A stretch of 64,000 nt of DNA from assembly GCA_018823135.1 (NCBI GenBank), contig JAHJJF010000126.1, positions 14,302 to 78,301 on the forward strand. Direction: 5' to 3'. The stretch comes from Pseudomonadota bacterium (GTDB taxonomy: Bacteria > Desulfobacterota > Desulfobulbia > Desulfobulbales > CALZHT01). The notes under the pieces are model-generated. The model was not told where the DNA came from, ran no database searches, and worked only from the letters and a program-made list of their open reading frames with translations. Shown in pieces: positions 19,465 to 29,807 of the stretch (position 1 is the stretch's first letter; every line of letters starts with the position of its first letter). A program made the position numbers and the translations under genes.

Positions 19465-19889
19465 TTATTTAAAAACCCGAAATTATTTTTTATAATGCTC
19501 AATTTATCATTGCTAAACACTTAAACATTACCACCATTTAGGATTATATGCCCTCTTTTATAGATCTGCCATATCCTCTAGAGGGTGTTAAGTCTTCCTT
19601 GAATAAAAAAATGTGCAATGTATTGTATTGGCCCAAGGAGTCAAGTTTTTTTGTAATTGAACAAGGCTTCCACCTTGCAAAATAATTAATCAGATGGTAA
19701 AAGAATGCGTTTCTAATTTTGTATCTCCGGAATACAAGTCGTTTCGGAAGACCACTAACCAGTTTCTGCGCAGAAATAAAGACTTCTGACAGAAACTCAA
19801 TAATCACATCCCACGAAGAACGCCCACTGGTGCCCAAAACGGGTCGGGTCACAGGGATGGATGAACAACCAAAAACGAAGGAGTTAACA

Positions 19890-20684
19890 ATGTCGTACAT
19901 CAACATGAGAGAAATGCTGGACGCGGGATTTCATTTCGGTCATCAGACCCATCGCTGGAATCCAAAAATGAAACCCTATATTTTTGGGGCCCGTAATAAT
20001 ATTTATATTATCAACCTCGATAAAACCCTGCCGCTGTTTAACAAAGCATACAAATTCCTGGTAAAGGATATCTCCAAAGGCGGCACCCTTCTTTTCGTGG
20101 GCACCAAACGACAGGCACAGGAAATCATCAAAGAAGAAGCAGAACGCTGCGGCATGTATTTTGTCAATCACCGTTGGCTCGGCGGCATGCTGACAAACTT
20201 TCAGACCATCAAGAAAAGCGTTGACCGCCTGAAAAGCATCGAAGCCATGAAAGAAGACGGCTCGATTCAGAATTACAAGAAAAAAGAAATTCTGCGCATG
20301 GAAAAAGAACTGATAAAACTCGAACGGACCCTTGGCGGCATTAAAAACATGCGCGGCCTGCCCACTGCTTTGCTGGTCATCGACACCAAACGTGAAAACA
20401 TCGCCATTGAAGAAGCAACAAGACTCGGCATCCCGGTTATTGCCATTGCCGACACCAACGCCGACCCCGATAAAATTTCCTATCTTATTCCAGGCAACGA
20501 TGATGCAATCAAATCCATCAGGCTGATCTCCTCTAAATTCGCCGATGCTGTTCTTGCAGGAAAAGATCAGTATAAGGGAAGCGAGAAGGCAGTATCCGAC
20601 AAGGAACTGGCAGCGCAGATCGAAGGATCTCAAACTGTCAGCGCCAGTGAAGCGGCCCCGGAAGCACCAGCAGCTGAAGCCTGA
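19890..20684 (+). CDS. rpsB: 30S ribosomal protein S2
   Basis: [34 protein letters not shown] lies 7 nt upstream of the ATG at 19890, so the ORF-track 5' extension to 19719 is rejected. Confidence 0.95.
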   Translation: MSYINMREMLDAGFHFGHQTHRWNPKMKPYIFGARNNIYIINLDKTLPLFNKAYKFLVKDISKGGTLLFVGTKRQAQEIIKEEAERCGMYFVNHRWLGGMLTNFQTIKKSVDRLKSIEAMKEDGSIQNYKKKEILRMEKELIKLERTLGGIKNMRGLPTALLVIDTKRENIAIEEATRLGIPVIAIADTNADPDKISYLIPGNDDAIKSIRLISSKFADAVLAGKDQYKGSEKAVSDKELAAQIEGSQTVSASEAAPEAPAAEA

Positions 20685-20712
20685 TCCGAAACTATTGAAA
20701 CTGAACTGTATT

Positions 20713-20755
20713 GAGAATCACTCGGATAATGCCGGGTGATTCTCCTTTATTTTAT
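20713..20755 (+). terminator. Hairpin plus T-rich tract between rpsB and tsf (attenuator or terminator)
   Basis: GAGAATCAC (20713-20721) pairs with GTGATTCTC (20736-20744) and is followed by CTTTATTTTA. Confidence 0.5.
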
Positions 20756-20888
20756 ATATGCAAAACTGAAATTTTCCCGGCGTCATCGCTCGCAATGATA
20801 TCAGAGCATCGATTTCTTTTGATGAGCACCAACAGAGTTGGTAAACGCCGGAGTTACAATCAAGATAATTCTGCAGGGAGATATAATC

Positions 20889-21482
20889 GTGAATATCACA
20901 AGCCAGATGGTTAAAGAACTCCGCGACAAAACAAATGCGGGGATGATGGATTGCAAAAAGGCATTGACTGAAACCGCAGGCGACATGGAAAAGGCCATTG
21001 ACCATCTTCGCCAGAAAGGACTCGCGGTTGCGAGAAAGAGATCCGCACGCGCCACCAGCGAAGGCGTTATCGAGACCTATATCCATGCCGGCGGCAGACT
21101 CGGCGTTATGGTTGATGTTGGATGTGAAACTGACTTTGTTGCAAAAAATGATGACTTCAGAAATTTTGCCAAAGACGTTGCCATGCACATAGCTGCAAGC
21201 TGCCCGGTATCAATCAGCCGGGAAGATGTCCCCCAGGAACTGCAGGACAGGGAAAAAGAAATCTACAAGCAACAGGTACTGGACTCAGGCAAACCCGAAA
21301 ATATTGCCGAAAAAATCGTCAGTGGCAAAATGGACAAATTCTTTGCGGACGTTTGCCTGATGGAACAGAAATTCGTTAAAAACCCTGATATTTCCATCCA
21401 GGATCTTTTAAACGAACTTATTGCTAAAATCGGTGAAAATATCACCGTAAAGAGATTTGCACGTTTTCAGGTCGGCGAGTAA
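20889..21482 (+). CDS. tsf: Elongation factor Ts (short form)
   Basis: QMVKELRDKTNAGMMDCKKAL. The GTG at 20889 is preceded by GGGAG; the upstream part of the ORF-track call is non-homologous. Confidence 0.9.
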   Translation: MNITSQMVKELRDKTNAGMMDCKKALTETAGDMEKAIDHLRQKGLAVARKRSARATSEGVIETYIHAGGRLGVMVDVGCETDFVAKNDDFRNFAKDVAMHIAASCPVSISREDVPQELQDREKEIYKQQVLDSGKPENIAEKIVSGKMDKFFADVCLMEQKFVKNPDISIQDLLNELIAKIGENITVKRFARFQVGE

Positions 21483-21595
21483 CCAGAATTACTGAAGGCT
21501 ATAGACTGAAGTCTATCATGCTGAAGGTCTTTCGTGTAATTCATAAAACTAACAGCCTTCAGCCTCAAAGACTAACTACCTAAAAAGGAAGCGCC

Positions 21596-22318
21596 ATGGG
21601 CAACACAAAGTACAAGAGAATCCTGCTCAAAGTGAGTGGCGAAGCTCTTATGGGCAAAGCTTCTTTCGGTATCAGCTCCGATATGCTGTCCTATGTTGCA
21701 CAGGAGCTCAAAGAACTTAACAGCCTCCAGGTCCAGATAGGGATGGTGGTCGGCGCCGGCAATATATTCCGAGGCGTGGCCGGCGCCTCGGTGGGCATGA
21801 ACAGGGCTGCAGCTGATAATATGGGCATGCTTGCAACAGTGATCAATGCTCTGGCCATCAAGGATACCCTTGACCGGAACGGCATGCAGGCCGAAGTTCT
21901 TTCTGCATTCCCAATGGATAGTGTCTGCGAACTCTATGCACGCCGCCGGGCGATTGCCCTACTTGAAAAAGGCAAAATCGTCATATTTGCCGCCGGAACC
22001 GGCAATCCTTATTTCACGACTGACACGGCTGCTGTTTTAAGAGGCCTGGAAATTGATGCGGATGTCATCTTCAAGGCTACCCGAGTCGATGGGGTCTACG
22101 ATAAGGACCCACTGAAAGAACCCGATGCAGTCAAGTTCGATACCCTGACCTACAGTGAAGTACTTCAGCGCAGACTTAAGGTAATGGACGCGGCTGCCAT
22201 ATCACTTGCCATGGACAACGACAAGTCAATCATTGTTTTTGACATGAACATCCCCGGCAATATTTACAAAGCCGTTTCCGGAGGAACAATCGGCACTCTG
22301 ATCAAAGGGGTAGAATAA
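21596..22318 (+). CDS. pyrH: UMP kinase
   Basis: RILLKVSGEAL and GAGNIFRG motifs, plus conserved synteny. Confidence 0.95.
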   Translation: MGNTKYKRILLKVSGEALMGKASFGISSDMLSYVAQELKELNSLQVQIGMVVGAGNIFRGVAGASVGMNRAAADNMGMLATVINALAIKDTLDRNGMQAEVLSAFPMDSVCELYARRRAIALLEKGKIVIFAAGTGNPYFTTDTAAVLRGLEIDADVIFKATRVDGVYDKDPLKEPDAVKFDTLTYSEVLQRRLKVMDAAAISLAMDNDKSIIVFDMNIPGNIYKAVSGGTIGTLIKGVE

Positions 22319-22872
22319 TGAGCGAAATCATATTGGAAATGGCAGAAAAAATGGAAAACAGTATTCATGCGTACCGCAAGGAACTTTCCAGAGTCAGAAC
22401 CGGCCGCGCATCACTGTCACTCCTTGACGGCATCAGAGTCCAGGCATACGGTGCACCGATGCCGCTTAACCAGGTTGCCTCCCTCACCATCCCGGAAAGC
22501 CGGATGATTGTTATTCAACCCTGGGATATCCAGCTGACCAGCGCCATTGAAAAAGCCATACAGAAATCAGATCTGGGGCTCAATCCGGCAAGCGACGGAA
22601 AGCAGATCCGCATTTCAATTCCGCAATTGACTGAAGACCGCCGCAAGGACCTTGTAAAACAGGTTAAAAAAATCAGCGAAGAATACCGTGTGGCTATGCG
22701 CAGTTCCCGCCGCGAGGCAATTGACCTGCTGAAAAAACAAAAAAACAACAAGGAAATCTCCGAAGACGATCTGTTCAAACTGCAGGATGATGCCCAGAAG
22801 GAAACCGACTCCTTTGTCAAACAAATCGATACAATTCTAGCTGAAAAAGAAAAAGAGGTCATGGAGGTCTAG
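22318..22872 (+). CDS. frr: Ribosome recycling factor
   Basis: RTGRASLSLLDGIRV and LTEDRRKDLVK. It overlaps the pyrH stop as TAATG. Confidence 0.95.
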   Translation: MSEIILEMAEKMENSIHAYRKELSRVRTGRASLSLLDGIRVQAYGAPMPLNQVASLTIPESRMIVIQPWDIQLTSAIEKAIQKSDLGLNPASDGKQIRISIPQLTEDRRKDLVKQVKKISEEYRVAMRSSRREAIDLLKKQKNNKEISEDDLFKLQDDAQKETDSFVKQIDTILAEKEKEVMEV

Positions 22873-22974
22873 ACTTCCGAACACCTTAAACTGCAATTTG
22901 ACACTGCAATCGTTTTCCCAGTTCCCTCACACTAATTTAAATCCAAAGGCCGGTATCCCCGGCCTTCTCTACTT

Positions 22975-23724
22975 ATGACGGAATCAGTTACTCTCGACAC
23001 AAACAACATCCCGCAGCACATCGCGATTATAATGGACGGCAACGGCCGGTGGGCCAAGGAGCGCGGTCTGCCCAGGACACTGGGTCACAAGGAAGGCGTA
23101 AAAACCGTAAAAAATATCGTCACTGCGGCCCGGGAACTGGATGTCAGAGTCCTCACCCTCTATGCCTTTTCCACGGAAAACTGGAAACGTCCGCCCTTTG
23201 AAGTTCAGACCTTGATGGGACTGCTGAAATCCTACCTTCAGAGTGAACTGACCACAATGGTTGAAAACAACGTGCAACTCCGGTGCATCGGCGAGAAAGA
23301 ACGAATGCCGGCTGAGGTTATTAACGTCCTCGAAAGGGTTATTGCACAAACCGCAAACAATACCGGCCTTATTCTCAACCTGGCGCTGAGTTACGGATCC
23401 CGCAGCGAAATCATCGCCGCGGTTCAAACCGTGGCCCGGCAATGCATGGATGGCAAGCTCACCCCGGAGGATATAACCGAGACTATTTTCGAAAACCGGC
23501 TGTATACCGCAGGACTCCCCGATCCTGACCTGCTGATCAGGACCGGTGGCGAATCGCGCTTAAGCAATTTTCTGCTCTGGCAGGCATCATACGCCGAACT
23601 GTATATTACCGAAACAAAATGGCCGGATTTTGATAAGGAAAAACTCATTGGGGCGATAATCGATTTCCAGCAACGCCAGAGACGTTTTGGAAAAACCGGC
23701 GAACAGGTGACAGAACAGTACTGA
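22975..23724 (+). CDS. uppS: Undecaprenyl diphosphate synthase (isoprenyl transferase)
   Basis: HIAIIMDGNGRWA, FSTENWKRP and RLSNFLLWQ. Confidence 0.95.
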   Translation: MTESVTLDTNNIPQHIAIIMDGNGRWAKERGLPRTLGHKEGVKTVKNIVTAARELDVRVLTLYAFSTENWKRPPFEVQTLMGLLKSYLQSELTTMVENNVQLRCIGEKERMPAEVINVLERVIAQTANNTGLILNLALSYGSRSEIIAAVQTVARQCMDGKLTPEDITETIFENRLYTAGLPDPDLLIRTGGESRLSNFLLWQASYAELYITETKWPDFDKEKLIGAIIDFQQRQRRFGKTGEQVTEQY

Positions 23725-23876
23725 GTACTGAGTAATGAGTGAATAGTAAGTAAACATTTAATGGTGGGCTTCTGTGTTTTCACATAACTCAGCACTCAGC
23801 ACTATTTATTCTTTACCTGTCGTTTTCAGATAAAAGTCGTGCGAATAATGCTGTAAAAGGTAATTATAGTTCCTCT

Positions 23877-24683
23877 ATGAAACGAATTATTACCGCGTTA
23901 ATCATCGGTGCAATCTGGCTGTTCATTCTCTTTGCCGGATCTTTTGCCCTGTTCTGGTCTGTTATCACCTTGGTGAGCGGTGTGGCCCTGTATGAATATT
24001 TTACCATGGTGACCGCCGTTGACGGTAAAAAACATATCGGCATAGGGATTGTGCTCGGTCTTTTCCCGCTGGCCGCCTCACTTTCAAACCGCCAGGACCT
24101 TGTTACCGTGGCACTTATCGCTGCAATGCTGTTTCTGTTTATTCTTATAATCACCCGTTACCCCGCCCTGAATGATCCTTTCAGTGTCGTGAGCAAGTTC
24201 GGTTTCGGCATCCTGTATATCGGTTTTTTCTCCTCCTATATCATTTTACTGATGGGGCAACCCCTCGGCGCCCATTGGCTGGTAATGCTCACCGCCATAA
24301 CCATCGCCTCGGACTCCTCCGCCTATTATACCGGCTCCTTCTTAGGAAAAACCAAACTCTGTCCTGCAACCAGTCCCAATAAAACCATTGAAGGCTTTAT
24401 CGGCGGTCTTGTTGGCGGAATTGCTGCGGCAGTGCTGGTTTCAAAACTGTTCTTCCCATGGATATCCCTGGTAAATATCGTACTGACCGCGGTGCTCCTT
24501 TCCGGTATCGGCGTCATCGGCGATCTGACTGAATCAACCATCAAACGCGCCATGAAATTCAAAGATTCCGGGACGATCCTTCCCGGCCACGGCGGCATTC
24601 TCGATCGGGTTGATTCACTCCTGCTCACCGCGCCGGTTTTTTATTATATGATTTACTTTAACCTGCTGACTTTGCCGCAATGA
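23877..24683 (+). CDS. cdsA: Phosphatidate cytidylyltransferase
   Basis: STIKRAMKFKDSGTILPGHGGILDRVDS signature in a polytopic membrane protein. Confidence 0.9.
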   Translation: MKRIITALIIGAIWLFILFAGSFALFWSVITLVSGVALYEYFTMVTAVDGKKHIGIGIVLGLFPLAASLSNRQDLVTVALIAAMLFLFILIITRYPALNDPFSVVSKFGFGILYIGFFSSYIILLMGQPLGAHWLVMLTAITIASDSSAYYTGSFLGKTKLCPATSPNKTIEGFIGGLVGGIAAAVLVSKLFFPWISLVNIVLTAVLLSGIGVIGDLTESTIKRAMKFKDSGTILPGHGGILDRVDSLLLTAPVFYYMIYFNLLTLPQ

Positions 24684-24717
24684 AGCGATCCCTGAATCTT
24701 CATACTTCCTGACTGCC

Positions 24718-25959
24718 ATGAAAAGCCTCTCCCTTCTCGGTTCAACCGGATCCATTGGAAAAAACGTCCTTGAAGTCGTCCGCCAATACCCCGGCCGGTT
24801 CAGAATTCTGGGATTGGCTGCCGGCACCAACATTTCTCTTCTCCGTCAACAGATCGAGGCTTTCGCACCGCGAGTTATCTCGGTTGCCGACGGCAAGCTT
24901 GCCGGAGATCTTGCCATGAGTCTTCCTGCCGGCTGGACTGATAAAATTTTTACAGGGGACACTGGAAACATCAAGGTGGCAACCATCGGCGATGTCGATA
25001 CGGTTGTCTCGGCAATTGTCGGCGCCGCCGGGTTATCACCTACTTATGCCGCTATCCAGTCAGGCAAGAATATCGCCCTGGCCAACAAAGAAGTGCTTGT
25101 TATGGCCGGTGATCTGGTCATGAAGGAAATCAAGAAAAACAACGTCCAGCTGCTTCCCATCGACAGTGAGCACAGCGCTGTGGCCCAGGCCCTGGAGGCC
25201 GGTCAAAAAAATGAGGTTGAGAAAATCATCCTCACCGCGTCCGGAGGACCTTTCTGGAATTTTTCGCAAAAACAACTCTGGGACGTCACTCCAGAGCAGG
25301 CCCTTGCCCATCCCAACTGGAATATGGGCAATAAAATATCCATAGATTCAGCAACCATGATGAATAAAGGCCTTGAGGTCATCGAGGCCCGCTGGTTGTT
25401 TAATGTTGCCGTTGAAAAAATCGAGGTATTGATCCACCCGCAAAGCATTGTCCATTCCCTGGTGGAATTTATCGACGGCTCAGTTGTTGCGCAACTTGGC
25501 ATACCGGACATGCGCATCCCTATTTCCTATGCCCTGTCATACCCCAATCGCCTGACAACCGGGCTTCCGCGACTGAATCTGGCTCAATGCGGCAATCTGA
25601 CCTTCCAGCTTCCGGATTTCAATAAATTCCCGGCCCTTAAACTTGCGTATCAGGTATGCAAGCGGGGTGGAATCCTGCCTGTGGCTTTAAACGCCGCAAA
25701 TGAAGTTGCGGTTGCAAGTTTTCTTGATAAACGGATTCGCTTCCCGGAAATCGCCCTGGTGGTTTCCGAAACCGTAAGCAGGACACCGAGCAAGACCGCC
25801 ACAAATCTTTCAGAAATAATGGATGCCGACCTGGCAGCAAGGCTTCAGGCGGAATCCATTATTGAATCGCTCCAATTAATGATGGATCAGAAAAAAAGCT
25901 CCACAGCTTCAACTCATGAATCCTCCTCAATAAACCATTCATTTACCGGAAACACTTAA
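24718..25959 (+). CDS. dxr: 1-deoxy-D-xylulose 5-phosphate reductoisomerase
   Basis: LGSTGSIG, LANKE, IDSEHSA and HPNWNMG. A Ser/Thr-rich C-terminal tail of about 25 aa is present. Confidence 0.95.
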   Translation: MKSLSLLGSTGSIGKNVLEVVRQYPGRFRILGLAAGTNISLLRQQIEAFAPRVISVADGKLAGDLAMSLPAGWTDKIFTGDTGNIKVATIGDVDTVVSAIVGAAGLSPTYAAIQSGKNIALANKEVLVMAGDLVMKEIKKNNVQLLPIDSEHSAVAQALEAGQKNEVEKIILTASGGPFWNFSQKQLWDVTPEQALAHPNWNMGNKISIDSATMMNKGLEVIEARWLFNVAVEKIEVLIHPQSIVHSLVEFIDGSVVAQLGIPDMRIPISYALSYPNRLTTGLPRLNLAQCGNLTFQLPDFNKFPALKLAYQVCKRGGILPVALNAANEVAVASFLDKRIRFPEIALVVSETVSRTPSKTATNLSEIMDADLAARLQAESIIESLQLMMDQKKSSTASTHESSSINHSFTGNT

Positions 25960-25964
25960 TCAAC

Positions 25965-27044
25965 ATGAATTCCCTTATCTCATTTATTCTTGTCCTTGGA
26001 TTATTAATTTTTGTCCATGAATTCGGTCATTTCCTTTTTGCCAAACTCTTCGGGGTAAAGGTGCTGAAATTCTCTCTGGGTTTCGGCCCCAAACTTCTTG
26101 GCACAAAATACGGTGAAACGGAATATGTCATCAGTGCCTTTCCCCTTGGCGGCTACGTCAAAATGCTTGGCGAAAACCCCAATGAACAAATGCCGGAAGA
26201 AGAAATCGACAGTGATCGCTCTTTCTCCCTGAAACCGGTCTGGAAAAAGTTTCTCATCGTCGCAGGCGGCCCGGCATTCAACCTCTTTTTTGCGGTATTT
26301 CTCTTCTTCATGATCTTTCTGTTTACCGGAATCCCGACTCCCGTTGACAACACAGTGGTCGGCGCGGTTTCTGAAAACTCACCCGCCCAGGAAGCAGGTC
26401 TCCAGCCAGGCGATATCATCCAGTCAATCAACGGCAATGAAACTGTGCATTGGGAAGATATCTCCGTTCTCATTCAACAAAGCGACGGCGCGCCGATTAA
26501 ACTCATAATCCAGCGCGGCAAGGAAACCCTTGAGCTTGAGGGCAAGCCAACTATTCAGGAAGTCAAAAATCTTTTCGGCGAAACAGTGGGGGAACGCCTG
26601 CTTCTGGGGATTTCCAGAACCGACGAGGTGGAGTACGAAAAAGTTTCCATTTTCAAAGCATTTTCAGCGGGGCTGACACAAACCTGGGGATTTATTTATC
26701 TGACCTTCATGACCATTGTCAAAATCATCCAGAACGTCGTGCCGGCATCCGACATCGGCGGGCCGATCTTTATTGCCCAGGTGGCGGGTCAGCAACTGGA
26801 AGCAGGCTGGCTCAATCTCTTCTATTTTATGGGACTTTTAAGCGTCAATCTCGGGATACTCAATCTTCTGCCCATTCCGATTCTAGACGGCGGCCACCTT
26901 CTGTTCTTTTCCATGGAAGCCGTCAGACGCAAACCATTAAGCCAGCGCGCCCAGGAAATGTGCCAGCAGGTGGGACTCGTCCTCCTCGGCACCCTTATGG
27001 TTTTTGTTTTTTATAACGATATATTGCGCTTGTTCAAGGGCTGA
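25965..27044 (+). CDS. rseP: RIP site-2 metalloprotease RseP
   Basis: HEFGHFLFA and NLLPIPILDGGH, with a single PDZ-like segment. Confidence 0.9.
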   Translation: MNSLISFILVLGLLIFVHEFGHFLFAKLFGVKVLKFSLGFGPKLLGTKYGETEYVISAFPLGGYVKMLGENPNEQMPEEEIDSDRSFSLKPVWKKFLIVAGGPAFNLFFAVFLFFMIFLFTGIPTPVDNTVVGAVSENSPAQEAGLQPGDIIQSINGNETVHWEDISVLIQQSDGAPIKLIIQRGKETLELEGKPTIQEVKNLFGETVGERLLLGISRTDEVEYEKVSIFKAFSAGLTQTWGFIYLTFMTIVKIIQNVVPASDIGGPIFIAQVAGQQLEAGWLNLFYFMGLLSVNLGILNLLPIPILDGGHLLFFSMEAVRRKPLSQRAQEMCQQVGLVLLGTLMVFVFYNDILRLFKG

Positions 27045-27046
27045 TT

Positions 27047-27179
27047 AGCCTATATACAGATGAGCAGATCTGACGATTCTCCTTCGTCATCCGGGATTCC
27101 GCATAGTGTATACTATAGCGAAATCCCCCTCTTCCTCGGATTTATCGCCAGCTTTACTCGTCTTTATATAGGCTTTTTT
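27047..27179 (+). terminator. Long imperfect hairpin (about 127 nt) followed by a T-run, directly after rseP
   Basis: The outer arms AGCCTATATACAGATGAG and CTCGTCTTTATATAGGCT pair, as do the inner arms GGGATTCCGCATAG and CTATAGCGAAATCCC. TTTTTT follows at 27174-27179. Pairing was judged by eye. Confidence 0.55.
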
Positions 27180-27238
27180 GCTGGCTGAATTTTTTTAATT
27201 TCTGGAAGTTCAAGTACTAAAAAATTAAAGATCAATTT

Positions 27239-27964
27239 ATGAAACAACCATCACAAAACTCCCCGATAATTCTTGCCATTGAGACCTCCGGCCTATGCGG
27301 CAGTGTTGCTCTGGTTACGGAGCATACAACACTTGCTGAATATTCTCTGAATACGAGCACAACCCATTCAAAGAAAATTCTTGTGGTTATCGACCAGATG
27401 ATGACAACTACCGGTCTCGACATGGAAGCAATTGATGGAATTGCTGTGAGCCTCGGTCCCGGAAGCTTTACCGGCTTGCGTATCGGCCTGAGCACTGCCA
27501 AGGGTTTTGCCATGGCCACGGGCAAACCTCTTCTGGGAATTCCGACCCTGGATGCCATGGCAGCTCAGTTCTCTTTTACTCCACAGCTGATCTGCCCGGT
27601 CCTTGATGCCAGGAAAAAAGAAGTCTACGCGGCACTCTATCGATCAGATAAAACCGGCAAGATCGAAAAAATAAGCGATGACATGGTGCTATCGCCTGAA
27701 GCATTAGCAGAAAAAATCAATGAACCAGTCCTGCTTGTTGGTGATGGCGCCAAACAGTATAAAGAACTTTTTCTTGAAAAACTTGAGGGAAATGCCCTGT
27801 TTCCAGCAGGGGAACTCTTTTTCCCGAGAGGTTCGAGTATTGGGATGCTGGCACTGCAATCATTCCAGCAAAACAAAGTCGATCCGGCAAGGGCCGAGCC
27901 CATCTACGTCCGCAAATCCGATGCGGAACTCTCTTTAGGCAAACGGTCGACAGACTTTTTATAA
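27239..27964 (+). CDS. tsaB: tRNA t6A37 modification protein TsaB
   Basis: ILAIETSGLCGSVAL and SLGPGSFTGLRIG. Confidence 0.9.
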   Translation: MKQPSQNSPIILAIETSGLCGSVALVTEHTTLAEYSLNTSTTHSKKILVVIDQMMTTTGLDMEAIDGIAVSLGPGSFTGLRIGLSTAKGFAMATGKPLLGIPTLDAMAAQFSFTPQLICPVLDARKKEVYAALYRSDKTGKIEKISDDMVLSPEALAEKINEPVLLVGDGAKQYKELFLEKLEGNALFPAGELFFPRGSSIGMLALQSFQQNKVDPARAEPIYVRKSDAELSLGKRSTDFL

Positions 27965-27980
27965 GTCTTTCAGGTGCGCC

Positions 27981-28991
27981 CTACTCTCTTTCCTTCGCTC
28001 TTGCCCGTAATTCTCTTAACATTTCCGCAGTAGGAAAACCTCCGACCGTTCCTGCCTTTACCCTGCCCCGCAACGGCTTCCATCTCTCCTGGAGCCAAAA
28101 CCACTGCTCGGGGTAAACTTTGATATAATCACTGATAGCCGTTGTAAAACTCTGGGTATCCTGCCGTGCGGCCTCTTCATCGTCGGGTAGTCTGGACAGA
28201 GCCATCTCTGGACCGATGATTATTCTGTGTTGACCGCCTTGCTGGTGGATAAAGACCGGCAAGGATGCGGTTTTTGTTTCCCTGGCCAGAATGGCCGGCA
28301 TCTTGGTGGTGCAGGCGTCACGCCCGACAAACATTGTTTTATACCCCTCATCCGTAAAAACATCCTGATCCATCAGGATGACTAAACGACCACGACCATC
28401 CAGTTCCTCCCTGATCTTTACCAGGGCGCCGCCTTTATAAATGATCGTATTGCCGCTTTTTACGCGAAGCTTTTCAAGGAGGTCTGTCAAATATGGATTG
28501 CTCTGTCGCTTGGCGACAAAAGAAACAGGGCCGAGCTTCCGGCCAAGAACCAGATTCATCAGTTCCCAATTACCGCAATGTCCGGAGATAAAAAAAACAC
28601 TTTTTCCTGTCGCCACCGCCTTCTGGTAATGCTCCACTCCTTCTATTGCTACATTGGCAATAATATCCTCACCAAGGCCGACATAGATCTTCAGCAGCTC
28701 CACCAGGGATTGCCCCTGAAGCATAAAACATTTTCTGGCTATCCGGCGTGGATTTGTTCCTTGTGAAATCCCTCCTGCGCTGATCGCCTTCCGGATGTTT
28801 TCAATCACCTTTCTCCGAAGGCGAGCAATGAGGAAGTAAAGCAGGAGGCCCATGTTTTTTCCAACAAATAAAGCTATCCTACAGGGAAGCATTACCAGAA
28901 AAAAGGCAAAGAAATAAATCAAGGCTATTTCAATAAGGTGTCTAATTTTCTTCATGGTCTTCCAAAAAGAATAGAGGTGATGGGATACCAC
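27981..28991 (-). CDS. Lysophospholipid/lipid A late acyltransferase (LpxL/HtrB family); start uncertain (GTG 28991 or ATG 28955)
   Basis: An N-terminal TM segment, then an FISGHCGNWE (HX4E-type) acyltransferase motif. Length is typical of the family. Confidence 0.7.
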   Translation of the reverse strand: MVSHHLYSFWKTMKKIRHLIEIALIYFFAFFLVMLPCRIALFVGKNMGLLLYFLIARLRRKVIENIRKAISAGGISQGTNPRRIARKCFMLQGQSLVELLKIYVGLGEDIIANVAIEGVEHYQKAVATGKSVFFISGHCGNWELMNLVLGRKLGPVSFVAKRQSNPYLTDLLEKLRVKSGNTIIYKGGALVKIREELDGRGRLVILMDQDVFTDEGYKTMFVGRDACTTKMPAILARETKTASLPVFIHQQGGQHRIIIGPEMALSRLPDDEEAARQDTQSFTTAISDYIKVYPEQWFWLQERWKPLRGRVKAGTVGGFPTAEMLRELRARAKERE

Positions 28992-29183
28992 TGTTTTGAG
29001 CTATGAGCATAGTACTGCAAGTTGAAAATTCTCCCAATTAATAAGCGGCAGCACATGCTGAATATTCAGTACGTGTGTACTACATTGTGATATATTTTAT
29101 TGACTTATTTTCTATTGTAGTTTCATGGTATTTAAGAGATTGGATACTGTAACCTTTATAAACTCTCACCTGAAAACGATTCA

Positions 29184-29426
29184 ATGCTGAAGGCGCACAA
29201 TAAAAAGATTACAGAGATAATTGGTCAGATACACTGCCCAAAAGATTTCCGATGCGTCACGCCGGATCTCGATAAACTCTGTCTGGCAAGGGATATCGGC
29301 ATGGAAACCTATCTCCAGTGTTTTGCCAGGAATAAAGCAGATTGTCCGTTTTCAGCCCCATTTGCCAACGAAGTTTATTGTAAATGCCCTTTGCGCATAT
29401 ATCTGAAAAAGAATTTACATAAATAA
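29184..29426 (+). CDS. Small cysteine-rich hypothetical protein (80 aa, 7 Cys)
   Basis: An ORF containing HCPKDFRC...LC...LQC...DCPF...YCKCP. There is no obvious Shine-Dalgarno, and coding status is supported only by its length and Cys pattern. Confidence 0.4.
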   Translation: MLKAHNKKITEIIGQIHCPKDFRCVTPDLDKLCLARDIGMETYLQCFARNKADCPFSAPFANEVYCKCPLRIYLKKNLHK

Positions 29427-29807
29427 GCCCTTCGTAAAGCAACCGGCATCAACGTCTTTTAGACGGCACAGTTACCAATACCCCCAAAAAAAGAACTCGT
29501 CGAAGAATTATGTCACAGCAAAAAAACAAACCATGTAATTGCTCCATCCCTGTAAATGGAACGACGGTTGCCATGGAGAGAAAAAGGCTGTTTAAAGTCA
29601 ACCGCCTAACCCAGATAAACTGGAAATAAATCAAGGCCCTGGATAAGTACCTTAACAGTAGGTGTAAGTTATTAGAATTAAATTGGTTATTAAAAGTCTT
29701 GCCACTCAGTTCAGTACTCGCTTGACGGGTAAAAAACACGATAATCACTAATAAGGTACTAAAATACCCAATTGTCAGAGATGATATCGTCACTATAGAT
29801 CACCAGG

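Noticed and set aside
19719-19889. 5' extension of the rpsB ORF (57 extra codons)
   Set aside because: The extension has no S2 homology. A canonical GAAGGAG Shine-Dalgarno precedes the internal ATG at 19890, where the conserved S2 N-terminus begins.
22946-22966. Hairpin AAGGCCGG-TATCC-CCGGCCTT between frr and uppS as a terminator
   Set aside because: The stem is good, but no T-run follows and the genes are normally co-transcribed. It is left uncalled.
29449-29793. 114-aa minus-strand ORF in the AT-rich islet
   Set aside because: The sequence is low-complexity and has no Shine-Dalgarno. Its start abuts a plus-strand-only terminator, so it is likely a chance ORF in AT-rich DNA. It is kept only as an alternative in the related finding.
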